Assembly: GCA_951406725.2 (NCBI GenBank)
Contig: OX597831.1
Location: 31,434,001-31,498,000 of the forward strand
DNA from: Octopus vulgaris
Taxonomy: Eukaryota
Direction: 5' to 3'
Length of the DNA stretch: 64,000 bases
Part shown: piece by piece, positions 52,706-64,000 of the stretch
Position numbering within the stretch: position 1 is the first letter of the stretch
How the letters are laid out: the number at the start of each line of letters is the position of its first letter
Position numbers and translations under genes: made by a program
The notes under the pieces: generated by a model
Told to the model about the DNA's origin: nothing
The model's database searches: none
The model's input: the letters and a program-made list of their open reading frames with translations, nothing else

Positions 52706-54739
52706 GACTCAAGGCCCAATGAAGAGCCATCCACAGGAGCTAGCTTAAAAAAACCACCCTATCAAGCAACCTTTAAGCTTTCCAATTCCTCGCGGGTTGT
52801 ACTTTGAACTTGTTGTGTCTTGCCAAAGAATCTTTTAGCTTCTGTCACTTCCTTCTCCAGATTGCCCTATTTGGTGTGTCTTAGTGCAGTTAGTTCTTAT
52901 CTTAAGGTCACTGGTCTATGTTGAGGTGGGGGTAAAGAGAGGGGGCCTTTATACATATGTACGTGTGTGTGTGTGTGTGTGTGGATGTGTGTATATACAT
53001 GTTTGTATATGTGTGCATAAATGTGTGTGTGTGTGTGTGTGTTTGTTATTTATTTCTGATTCCAGCTTGGTGCCATGCTGTCTCCAACTATTTTATTAAA
53101 TTAATATTTACATCTATATATGAGCTGTCTCCAGAATGTTCTGATTGTCACAACTTTCAAATATTTCTGTACTTGTGTCATTGGACAACTACAACACAAA
53201 TATGGTCACTCTCTCTCTCTCTCTCTCTCTCTCTCATGTATGCACATAGAGATATCTCAACACCACACACACTCACATGCATACACCAATACCCACACCG
53301 AGATGGAGAGGTGCCCTATATTAGGCATGATGTTCCTTTGGTTTTCTGTCTTTTAGTCTGGTGGGAAGATAGTGACCCTCTAATATTGATGGGAGGAAGA
53401 TTGGAGACTTGGACTCCATGAAAGGTACCCAAGGACCAAGATAATGGAGTGACATTACCACCCATGTAGGCCCATGGTGAGATTTGAACTCAAAATGCAA
53501 AGAACTAGGACCAAATAGTATAAGGTATCCAGTCTGATGTTATTACAGTTTTGTGAATTCCACCATCATCAATTACTATTTAATTTTTTTGACTTTGAAA
53601 GGATAAAAGAGAGTTAACTTTGGCAGGATTTGAACTCAAAGCGTAGCAAGTCACAACAAATATTGGTTTCAAATTTTGCCGCAAGGCCAGCAATTCTGGG
53701 GGTGTGGGCTAACTCAGTTACATCAACCCCAGGACTCAACTAGTTCTTCTTTTTATTGACCCCCAAAAGGATGAAAGGCTATGCCAACCTTGACAGAATT
53801 TGAACATTGGCTCTTAAAGACAAATAAAATTCAGCTAAGCATTTTGCCTTGTGTGCTAACAGTTCTGCCAGATCGCTGCCTTAGAGTCAGAACAAATATT
53901 GCAATTACTGTGCCAATTCTCCTTTGTCTTTCAGGAAGTATCATTTATTCTGAATTATATCACTGTCAGGAGGAATAAATACCTCCAGATCACTTAGGGA
54001 AGTTCCATCATCTGATGGACTGGCATCATATCCAAGGGTGATTTATCTCCTCTACTGAACACCATTAAACCAGAGATAAGCACCTATAGCCTTTAAAAAT
54101 CTCATGACCCAGGGATGTGGTTATGTAAACATCAAGTTATGCCTCTATATAAATTCCCTTGTCAGTGGTATTGAAACACAGGTATCACTGTGAGATGTGA
54201 CGGTTGTGATTCAGGGTTGTTTTCAATTAATTAATTGTTGGAAAAGAAAGTAAAAAAAGACAAGTTATATACATATTCATTCACATTCATGGCAGTGTGG
54301 TTAAAAAACTTGCTTTGCAACCACATGGCTTCAGGTTCTGTCCTACTGTGCTGCACCTTATGCAAGTGTCTTCTACTATAGCTCTTAGCCAACCAATGTT
54401 TTGTGATGAATTTGATAAACAGAAACTGTGTGGAAGCCTATCATGTTTGCATATATAGCCTAGCCTAGTGGCGATCTGCCCTTGAGCAGGTCTTGTGCAT
54501 GTGAACCTTCTCCAGCTCCCTCTATATGACCTTGGAGGGTCTGTAGCCTCTCCTACTGCCATTTCCTAGATTATTACTATCATTTACTTTGACTACCACA
54601 ATTAGACTTCTGAAACTCAGAGTTTTATTATGGCAACTTAATAATTATCACATATCATTTTACAAATAAATTCCTCTATATACATAATACCGAGGTCTCG
54701 TTCATTCTTTTGTTATCATACTATTACTATTAATATATA

Positions 54740-54877
54740 TATACATTATTTACATCTGACGAGTATTTGTCCTCATCTTGTTAACACAATGTTTCGGCTG
54801 ATATACCCTCCAGCCTTCATCAGGTGTCTTGGGGAAATTTCGAACCTGGGTTCTCATTCTTAAGATATTTTTCAATA

Positions 54878-54913
<36 letters not shown>

Positions 54914-54939
54914 TCACTACCTGGAATCGAACTCGGAAT
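54740..54939 (-). mobile_element. SINE-like element: truncated tRNA-like head (B-box), (AAT)n, hammerhead motif
   Basis: Minus strand GAGTTCGATTCC at 54934-54923, about 95 nt upstream of the hammerhead core. Confidence 0.6.
54783..54828 (-). ncRNA. Minimal type I hammerhead ribozyme
   Basis: Minus strand GACAC-CTGATGA-A-GGCTG(GAGGGTATAT)CAGCC-GAAAC-ATT-GTGTT: canonical core, 5-bp stem II and 5-bp stem I (GACAC/GTGTT). Confidence 0.75.
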
Positions 54940-55656
54940 ATTTGTTTGTATGTATGTGTGTGTGTGTGTGTGTTTACATCTCTGTGACTTAGCAGTCTGG
55001 CAAGAGAGACATGAATTGAATAAGTATCAAGCTTCAAAAAACATTTTTTTTTAAAGTACTGAAGGTGTTCACCAAAAATCCCAGATGGCACTGTGACCCA
55101 GCATGGCCACTGTCCAATAACTGAAACAAATGAAAGACAGATATATGTATATATATGTGTGTGTATATATGTGTGTGTGTGTGTATTTCTGGTGAGAGAA
55201 TTCCAGTTGTGTATATATATGTTTAGTAATGTGGGAACTTCATGGTGGAAGGGTGTGATTTAATTACAAGAAGGCAACAGAATCTTGTTAGTTGGTAGAG
55301 GGGTTGAGAGGTAGCATGTGATCACCTCTGATGTTCTGACCTCTGTGTTATCTCCACCTCCACCCTCGTACCTCTATCTAAACCTACCCCAAGGTGGTAA
55401 TTTACTCCCCACTCTAATTTCATATTGTCCTTTAATGTTAGGTTTGAATAACACTCAACCTTCACACTCCTTCTTTCAGGCTTTTTTCTTTTTCTTTGTC
55501 GCTTTTCTCCTTTTTTTTTTCTTGTTCTTTGCTTACTTCCTTTCTCTCTCTTCCTCCCCTCACTTTTCCTCTCTCTCTCTCCATCTACCTCTCATTTTTT
55601 CACCATCTCTCCCCCTCTCTCACTGTTTTTCACCCTCTTCCACTTTCTCACCTTCT

Positions 55657-55710
<54 letters not shown>

Positions 55711-56921
55711 TCCCCCTCCCTCCTGCTCTCTCTTCATTCCCCCTCCCTCCATCTCTCTACTTACTATATCTTTCTATTATTTTTTTTCTACCATTTCCCT
55801 TAATTACATCAGTTTTCCTCTTCACATCTTTCATAATCTTTCTTCCTTTCCTTCCTTCCCTTCCTTCCTTCCTTCCTTCTTCAATTCCTTTCCAGTGTAG
55901 TGGACAATTTAAGGCACAGAGTGGTGTAGTATAGCGAATTGCCTGCTTTGGCATGGTGGTGGTGGAGATGGCAGTAGTAGTGGTGGTGGTAAATACTAAA
56001 TGTGTAATGTGTTGAAGAATTTATTAGTAAAGTGTAACCTGTAGTATAGTACAGAGTTCCAGCTATGACCATTCCATCTGTTTTCCAAACAAATGTATCA
56101 ACTACCACATTATCCTGTATGGTTTTTTTTTAAGATAATCAAGTAATTTGAGGAAAATTTGGTTGCTATTTCTAGCAGGTCAATTGACTTCTTGTTAGTG
56201 AAGGTGATACTGTTAATGTCACTTCCTGTTGTTTAACCCTGGGTCAGCCTTAATCAAGCAGACCTCTAATTAAAGATGTTCCCACCATGACCATCACTAC
56301 ATTATCCAATGTATCTTTTACATTTTTAAGATTTTTTTAGTGTAGTCAGAAGATTTTGGCTGTTCTTTCTTGCCAGTTGAGTGACTCTACAGAACAATGG
56401 TTCTAAGTTGTTGTTTTTTTTAAATCTGGGCTGGATCCAAAACCTGGGGTGGGGTGGGGTGGGGGTACCAAAAAATTTAAAACAGAAATCAATTAAAAAA
56501 GTATTTATTTTATTTAAAGACAGTTTAAAATGTCTGAGGCTGCTTGAGGTCCTTGAGGTGCTTGAGGTCCATGTGCCACCCTTGGGTCCACAGTTTAGAA
56601 ACACTGATGTAGACGCTCTCTTGTCTCACTGTTGTTGTTGTTGTTGTTTGTGGTGTTGCTGTTGTTGGTGTTGTTGTGGCTTTATTGCTGCTGCTGCTGC
56701 TGTTTGTACTTGAAACCAGATTGAAATGGCTCTACAGTTCTTCCTTTGTTTTCTTTTCTCTTTCTTCTATTGTAAGAATGTTGCTGTGTCATAGAAATTC
56801 TGGTGGTGTTCATGTTGTTGTTGGTGGTGGTGGATCTTCTAATTCCAACTATTGCTGATGTTGCTACAGATAATGGGGATGGAGATTACTACTACTAATA
56901 ATAATAATAATAATAATAATG

Positions 56922-56959
<38 letters not shown>

Positions 56960-56964
<5 letters not shown>

Positions 56965-57180
56965 CTTTACTACCCACGAGGGGCCAAACACAGAGAGGAC
57001 AAACAAGGACAGACAAACGGATTAAGTTGATTACATCAACACCAGTGTGTAACTGGTATTTAATTTATCAACCCCGAAAGGATGAAAGGCAAAGTCGACC
57101 TCGGCGGAATTTGAACTCAGAACGTAACGGCAGACGAAATATTCGCCCGGCATGCTAATGTTTCTGCCAGCTCACCGCCT
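56960..57180 (-). mobile_element. SINE family B, near full length
   Basis: High similarity to 46879-47109. Confidence 0.88.
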
Positions 57181-57599
57181 AATGATAATATATATACACA
57201 CACACACATATATATATTGATCACTTTTTTGTCTTTGCTGACTGAGTAGAATAGGTTTGTAGGTTTCACTGTGAAGGTCTGATAAGACTGAAATGTGTCT
57301 TTCACTTGTTGGTCTTAAAGAGTAGATTTACTCTAATCTGCTTTGTAGTTATTGTTAGGTAGTCCTTAAAAAAATAGACCCCCTTAGAACATATCCCTGG
57401 GATTAGGGGAGTTGGCAGTTTGAGTTTCATTGTCCTTGCACCAACAGTCTAGGAGGAGTTAATGAACATAAACACGTAGCAAAGAAACATCACTCAAATT
57501 TATGATAGGATATATATATCATCATCATCATCATCATCATCGTTTAATGTCTGCTTTCCATGCGAGCATGGGTTGAACGATTTGACTGAGGACTGAAGC

Positions 57600-58020
57600 C
57601 CTACATCTCCCTGAGGACCAAAACCCATCTTTTCCACATGTTAGTTCTGCTTGTCCTCTACTGTGCTGAGACCTGGACCATCCTCAAACAGGATCTGAAC
57701 AAGATGTAAGTGTTCCAAATGCAGTGTTTGTTAGATCCTTGCTGTCTCTCCATGCAACCGAATCTCAAACAACAACTTCTTCAATCAATGCCAGCTGCAG
57801 CCGACCAATGGCGATCAAGTCCGGCAGCGCAGGCTACAGTGGTTTGGCTGCATCTGCAGGATAAGCACTGGAAAGCTATCAAACGGTAGCAACCCACACA
57901 CTTGGAGAATTTAATTACAGTGCACCAAAGAAGATATGAGTGAAACAAGTAGAGGAAGACCTGAAGTCGCAGCACTTTGACCTCGGGCAGCACCATGGAT
58001 GAGAAAGTGTGGAATGACAT
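57600..58020 (+). pseudogene. RTE-clade LINE ORF C-terminal fragment
   Basis: LYCAETWTILKQDLNKM*VFQMQCL and RQRRLQWFGCICRI match the LLYG.ETW and RRLRWFGHV.R motifs of RTE LINEs. Confidence 0.8.
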
Positions 58021-58798
58021 CATCACTTGACAACTAATACTGGTTTGTTTACATCCCGATAACTTACCAGTTCGGCAAAAAGTGGCTGATAGCATATGTA
58101 CCCATCTTAAAAGGAATAAGTATTGGGGTCGATTTGTTCAACTAAAATTCTTCAAGGCAGTGCCCCAGCATGGCCGCAGTCTAACAAGTGGTGGTGGTGG
58201 TGGTATACCAATGTGATGAAGAGCGTGGGAGTGATTGCAAGAAAACTTTGATTGTATAGGTATTCACAAACCTTCCCATGTAAGCTTTTCATGTTGAGAT
58301 GAGATGGGAAGGTTCATAAGTACTTATACGCATAAGCATGCACACAAATTACTTTCCATATACAAACCAATGGAGGAGAAATTTCCTGTGGTCACTCAGT
58401 ATGTTAAGAATAGCAATGAAATGTCTTTCAAATCACAATCCCCTATATTAAGCAGAAAAAGGAAGGATACATTAGGTAACTTAGACCTAGATACAAAAAT
58501 AAAAGAAGGGATGGTCATGAGTGGAATGCTTTTGATTGTAGATCTACTGGATCAAAGTTAGATCAGAAATAAACAACAGCAACCCTATACACACACATAG
58601 TTACCTCACATATACACACATTTCACATACACTGCCCCCTCTCTCTTTCTCTCTCTCTCACACACACACATACACACACACACTCCCACTCACACACATG
58701 CATACATACTCACTCCCACAGACAGTTTAACTGTTCATCTCAATTCAATTCTTGAAAGGAAATACTTATCCCTCTTACTCTTCCCACCCTACTACACA

Positions 58799-58841
<43 letters not shown>

Positions 58842-59156
58842 TTATCTAACTGACCCATCCCTGTTTCACTGTATTCAATTCAAACCAGACACCTCTGCAG
58901 TTGCAGTTACATCTGTAAAGACAGGTAGAATTATGTGAGTGTCTGTAAGTACATACGGTACAATAACAGACAGCTATCTATATATACATACTCACACACA
59001 CATGCGCACACATGCAGATGTGTGTGTGTGTGTATATATATATATTCTTTTATTTGTTTCAGTCATTTGACTGTGGCTATGCTGGAGCACAGCCTTCAGT
59101 TGATCAAATCGACCCCAAGACTTACCCTTTGTAAGCCTAGTACCTATTCTATCAGT

Positions 59157-59188
<32 letters not shown>

Positions 59189-59381
59189 CATATATATATA
59201 TATACACGACGGGCTTCTTTCAGTTTCTGTCTACCAAATCCACTCACAAGGCTTCGGTCAGCCCGAGGCTATAGTAGAAGACTCTTGCCCATGGAAACAC
59301 GTCCACTGTGAGAAATGTTTTAATGCAAAGTAAATTTTACCTTGCTTGGGAACAGGTGAGGGTTAGAAAGGAATCCAGCTG

Positions 59382-59788
59382 TCTATATATATAAAACAAA
59401 GTATGTTTATGTGTGTGTGATATATATGCATTTCTACAGTTTTCGACTGATTTTCACCAAACTTTACACGCACATTACTTATGTGCCAAGGATGGTCATG
59501 CACTATAATTTATTGCTCAGAGCTCCCGCATAAAGTGAGAAATCAGGGGGAAAAGGGGTTTTACACAGGTTTTTTCTCTAAAAACTGTAGTTTTCAGTTG
59601 ATTCTCTCCCTTTTTTCATTCTCTGTTTCTGTTCCTTATATATATTCTCTCTCTCTCTCTCTAATAATTCCTCTCTTTTAGACTGTTTTCTTTTCTTCCG
59701 TTTTTCTCCCTTTTTCTTTCCTCCCACCTTCCTTCCATCCTTCATTCTTCCCTTTCTTTCTTTCTCCTTCCCTCTTTATTTATATCAT

Positions 59789-59835
<47 letters not shown>

Positions 59836-60138
59836 TTCCTCTCTTTTAGTCTCTTTTCTTTTCTTCCTTTTTTCTCCCTTTTTCTTTCTCTCTTTCCTTC
59901 CTCTCTTCCTTCCATCCTTCATTCTTTCCTTTCTTTCTTTCTCCCTCCCACTTTCTTTCATTCTTTCTCCTTCCCTCTTTATTTATATCATTCTTTCCCT
60001 CTTTCTTTCTTTCTTTCTTCCTTTCATTCTGTTCAACTAAAGGCAATGCCCCTGCATGGCCACAGCCAAATGACTGAAACAAGTAAAGGAATTAAAAAAA
60101 AACATGTCATTTTAATTCCTAGCTAGTATCTCTGCTAG
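59382..60138 (+). mobile_element. Non-autonomous Helitron-like element splitting a family C SINE; internal pyrimidine-rich duplication
   Basis: TCTATATATATAAAAC start and CTAG end. Host SINE reads ...ATCCAGCTG | TAGACAAAA...GCATGGAAAA across the insert. TAATAATTCCTCTCTTTT occurs at 59662 and 59830. Confidence 0.7.
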
Positions 60139-60859
60139 TAGACAAAAACTGACTCAACAAATTCCATCTGACCCACACAAGCATGGAAAAATGTACATTA
60201 AGACGATGATGATGATGTACACATTGATATGAATGCGCTCATGCGTATGCGAGCATGTATGAGTGTATATCTACACACACAATGCATGTGTATCTGTATG
60301 TGCGTGTGTGTTTGTGTATCTATGTATGAGCTGTTGTATTAGAACTGTTCTTATGGATTAGAGACAGCTGTTTGGTTTCCACAACTTTGTTATCAGTGAA
60401 TGTGGTGGTGATAGTGGTGGTGGTAGGCAGGCTTGATAGGTAGGGGCACGGGCTTTTACCTGTCTTAGATATGTAAGGTAAGCACCAGGGTGGTTATAGA
60501 TATCTGGGTAGAGAGTTTATCTGCTTCATCACAGCAGCTTCTCCCTTCCTCATAATTCCCTCCTTTTTGGAAGGAACTTGATTGTATTGTCTGGCTGTGT
60601 GTGTGTGTGTGTGTGTGTGTATGCTTGACGGTGGAGTGGGAGTAGGTGGTGGCTGAGATAACTGATAGTATTTGTTAAGTGATCAACAAGAACCAAACCA
60701 AATTGTCAAATAACTTGTATTAACCCAAGAGGTTAAAGTTAGTGAGTCACTGACCCAGTTTGGGTTTATAGGTTTAAGAAGAAAAGAAAATAAAAGCTCC
60801 AATAATTTCATTGAGGCCACTAATATTTTCTTAGAATGAAAAGCAGTAGAAATTGCTCT

Positions 60860-60955
<96 letters not shown>

Positions 60956-61175
60956 AATCTGCAAACCCCCTCACCCTGCTATAATGAATCCATAAAACAT
61001 TCAAGAGTATATTTTTTCCCCTCTGAAGATATTATGCTCAGGTCATATGAATTTAATATTTAGTTAATATTCACTAAGTATTAATTGAAACAGCTGTAAG
61101 GAATGATGATTAATTTGTTGTTAATAAACAATTATTAACTTCCCAGCCTCCATTTTCTTTTCTTTTATACATATA

Positions 61176-61583
61176 GGCACAGGAGTGGCTGTGTGGTAAG
61201 TAGCTTGTTTACCAACCACACGGTTCCGGGTTCAGTCCTACTGCGTGGCACCTTGGGTTAGTGTCTTCTACTATAGCCTTGGGCCGACCAAAGCCTTGTG
61301 AGTGGATTTGGTAGACGGAAACTGAAAGAAGCCCGTCGTATATATGTATATATATATATGTGTGTTTGTGTGTCTGTGTTTGTCCCCCTAGCATTGCTTG
61401 ACAACCGATGCTGGTGTGTTTATGTCCCCGTTACTTAGCGGTTCGGCAAAAAGAGACCGATAGAATAAGTACTGGGCTTACAAAAGAATAAGTCCTGGGT
61501 CAAGCTGCTCGATTAAAGGCGGTGCTCCAGCACGGCCGCAGTCAAATGACTGAAACAAGTAAAAGAGTAAAGAGAAAAAAGAG
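61176..61583 (+). mobile_element. SINE family A, full length
   Basis: Complete head and tail. Confidence 0.9.
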
Positions 61584-62149
61584 TATGCCCATAGTCTTTT
61601 GCTCTTCTTATTGCTGTGTCCTTCGTGTTATATCACAGCCGACCTTTGACTGCAGAGGACCCTTGTGAACGACGAGTGGTGGGAGTTTAACATGAATAAC
61701 ATTGATTAAAGCTGAAACTTTAATGGTTTAAGTGTTGCATACCAAGCACATCCAATCACTCACATGCACACACACATAAATAAGGATTCAGATAGAATTG
61801 GGTACTTGAAAAAGATATGCACCAGCACCAGGTGGGATTGGATAAACCTGTGGTCACTGCCAGTGGTTGATTAATATCAAATAGGATATTCCGGTTGTGT
61901 ACACAGAGAAAACCAGCCCTATGAGTATTTAGCGCCTAGGGGCTGGTCCAAAGCACACGTTATGTTGATCGTACATTGTTGGTATACTCCAGGGTGTCTG
62001 ATGTGTTGTAAATCCCAAAGGTGTATCATAATCAAATGAATAATAACTAACAATGGATAATTGTCAGCTCCTTACAGCTGTTTCTTACACCAAAAAACTG
62101 TAATCATCAGATGAAAAATAATTTCAAAAACAAAAGAATATACCCATAT

Positions 62150-62214
<65 letters not shown>

Positions 62215-62227
62215 CACATACATACAC

Positions 62228-62262
<35 letters not shown>

Positions 62263-62984
62263 TGTGTAAATACATATATACATGCATATATATGTATATT
62301 TATATATATGCCAAATGAAAGATGGAATGTGATAATTTATTATTAATCATGACAGTTGTTTTGACACATTTGGCATTGATCCCTCATGGGTGGGACACTC
62401 AACAACTGGTTCAGGAGCATCTGGCAGCGCTGATGTATCTTGTCGGGTGATAAGTAGATACAACTCATTAGAATAACTGTTCCGCAATGTAGCTTCTTGT
62501 TTTGTAGAAAGAAAAGTAGCAAGACAGAGGAAATATCTTCATTTATATAGAAGATCCAAAATAAAATCATAGATGGCAAAAAGAGAAATGAATGTGCAAT
62601 CCAGTGAGAAAAGTATTAAAAATAACTGTTATCAAATATGGATGCATAAATACCCTCGAGCAAGCTGCATGGTGTGAGTACACTCACTCATACAAGCATC
62701 CACAAAAATGCGAGCATGCGCACATGTGGGGTTTGGTACACTCACGGTCACAAAGCGACTGAGCTATCTATTTGGTGTTTGTAAGAATGGAGAGGTTAAA
62801 AAGTAAACTGAAGTCATCCATACCTTAAAGTAAATTAAATTAATGTTAACGGTTATTCAAAATTCATTCCCACCATGTTTAATGTCTGTTTTCCCATGCT
62901 AACATGAACTTGGATGAGAAGTTATTTGAGGCAGAATTTTACGGCTGGATGTTCTTCCTGTCGACAACCTTTACCATTCTTCCT

Positions 62985-63355
62985 CTTTTATCTTTTACTC
63001 GTTTCAGTCATTGGGCTGTGCCCATGCTGGGGTACTGCCTTGAAGGGTTTAGTCACACAGATCGAGCCCAGTACTTATTTGTTCAAGTCTGGTACTTATT
63101 CTATCAATCTGTTTTGTTGAATCGCTAAGTTATGGGAATGTAAATAAACTAAGGCTGATTGTTAAGCGGAGGGGAACAGCAAATACATAGATATATAGAT
63201 ATATACTTGTGTGTGTGGGTGTGTATAACAGGCTTCCACACAGTTTCCATTTCCCACTCCCAAGGCATTAGTTGGCTCAGGGCTACAGTAGGAGGCACTC
63301 ACACAAGATAATAATGGATTACAAAGTGTACTTCTTAACCGCACAGCCATGCCTG
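62985..63355 (-). mobile_element. Older, diverged family A-related SINE
   Basis: TTTTACTCGTTTCAGTCATT tail and CTTAACCGCACAGCCATGCCTG head. Confidence 0.7.
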
Positions 63356-64000
63356 CATGACATGAAAGATTTGGGAGTGGGTTGGCTTTTTCTTATTCAA
63401 CTAGCCTTCAAAAGCACAATGCCCTCCTGTCATATGAACAAGCAGTGCCAACATCACCATCGCTTCACTTCATTAGTGACAAGTTTGGAATTCAGTATTC
63501 ATGCATATTTGTGCACACATACAGTTTCCATCTTCCAGATTCCTCACAAGGCATCAGTGGACCCAGAGCTACTCTTCTCTTCATGGCACCCTAATATTTG
63601 TCTCTTTTGTTTGGAGGAGAGTAAGTTTATTGAAGTGACCTTTAGAAATATGTACCACCACTTGTTTTCTTCAAATTCATAATCAAGTACGATGTGAAAG
63701 CACAGTACTTCTTACTTAATATTCTAATATATAAGACTTTAAGTCGTCAGAGTCCTAACTGCAACAATATAGCTTTATAGTCTCACTCTTTCTGCTGGTC
63801 ATATACGCCTAGTAGAAAGTGTATAGCATTCCCATTGTGGGAAAATTGTTATACTAATAAAGCGGCTAAGTTTTGATAAATGTATTCTGAATACGAACCC
63901 ATGAAATAATGAAAATCTCACAGAAAAAAATAAATTGTTAAAATATTCTGCAAACAACTTGAATGAGAGTATTGCTGGTTGTGAATGTCACTGTCGTGAT

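Noticed and set aside
56393-56605. Further hAT-type MITE
   Set aside because: The right TIR (TTTAGAAACACTG) is plausible, but the left TIR and TSD are too degraded to support a call.
62343-62579. Possible terminal coding exon
   Set aside because: Short open frames exist on both strands with no recognisable domain or convincing splice signal, so none can be chosen.

Overview
AT-rich, repeat-dense animal DNA, not prokaryotic. The SINE families and the (TA)n/(CA)n/(CT)n density look like an octopus genome; that assignment is from recognition, not a search. No intact host protein-coding gene can be supported, and almost all listed ORFs are microsatellite or SINE artefacts. The window holds many tRNA-derived SINE copies, a decayed Helitron Rep/PIF1-helicase (8.4-10.3 kb) and several non-autonomous Helitron/Helentron-like elements. 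It also holds a decayed mariner with both TIRs, a Buster/Charlie-type hAT with an 8-bp TSD, TTAA-, TA- and hAT-type MITEs, and two RTE-LINE fragments. The most interesting signals are minimal type I hammerhead-ribozyme motifs in small non-autonomous retroelements. One (54.8 kb) lies just downstream of a Pol III B-box, suggesting a tRNA-headed hammerhead SINE. Another (28.4 kb) is in an element whose end recurs next to (TA)n tracts. There is also a templated inverted insertion with a 32-bp duplication (45.6-46.8 kb) and weak evidence for a spliced + strand transcript starting near 12.8 kb.
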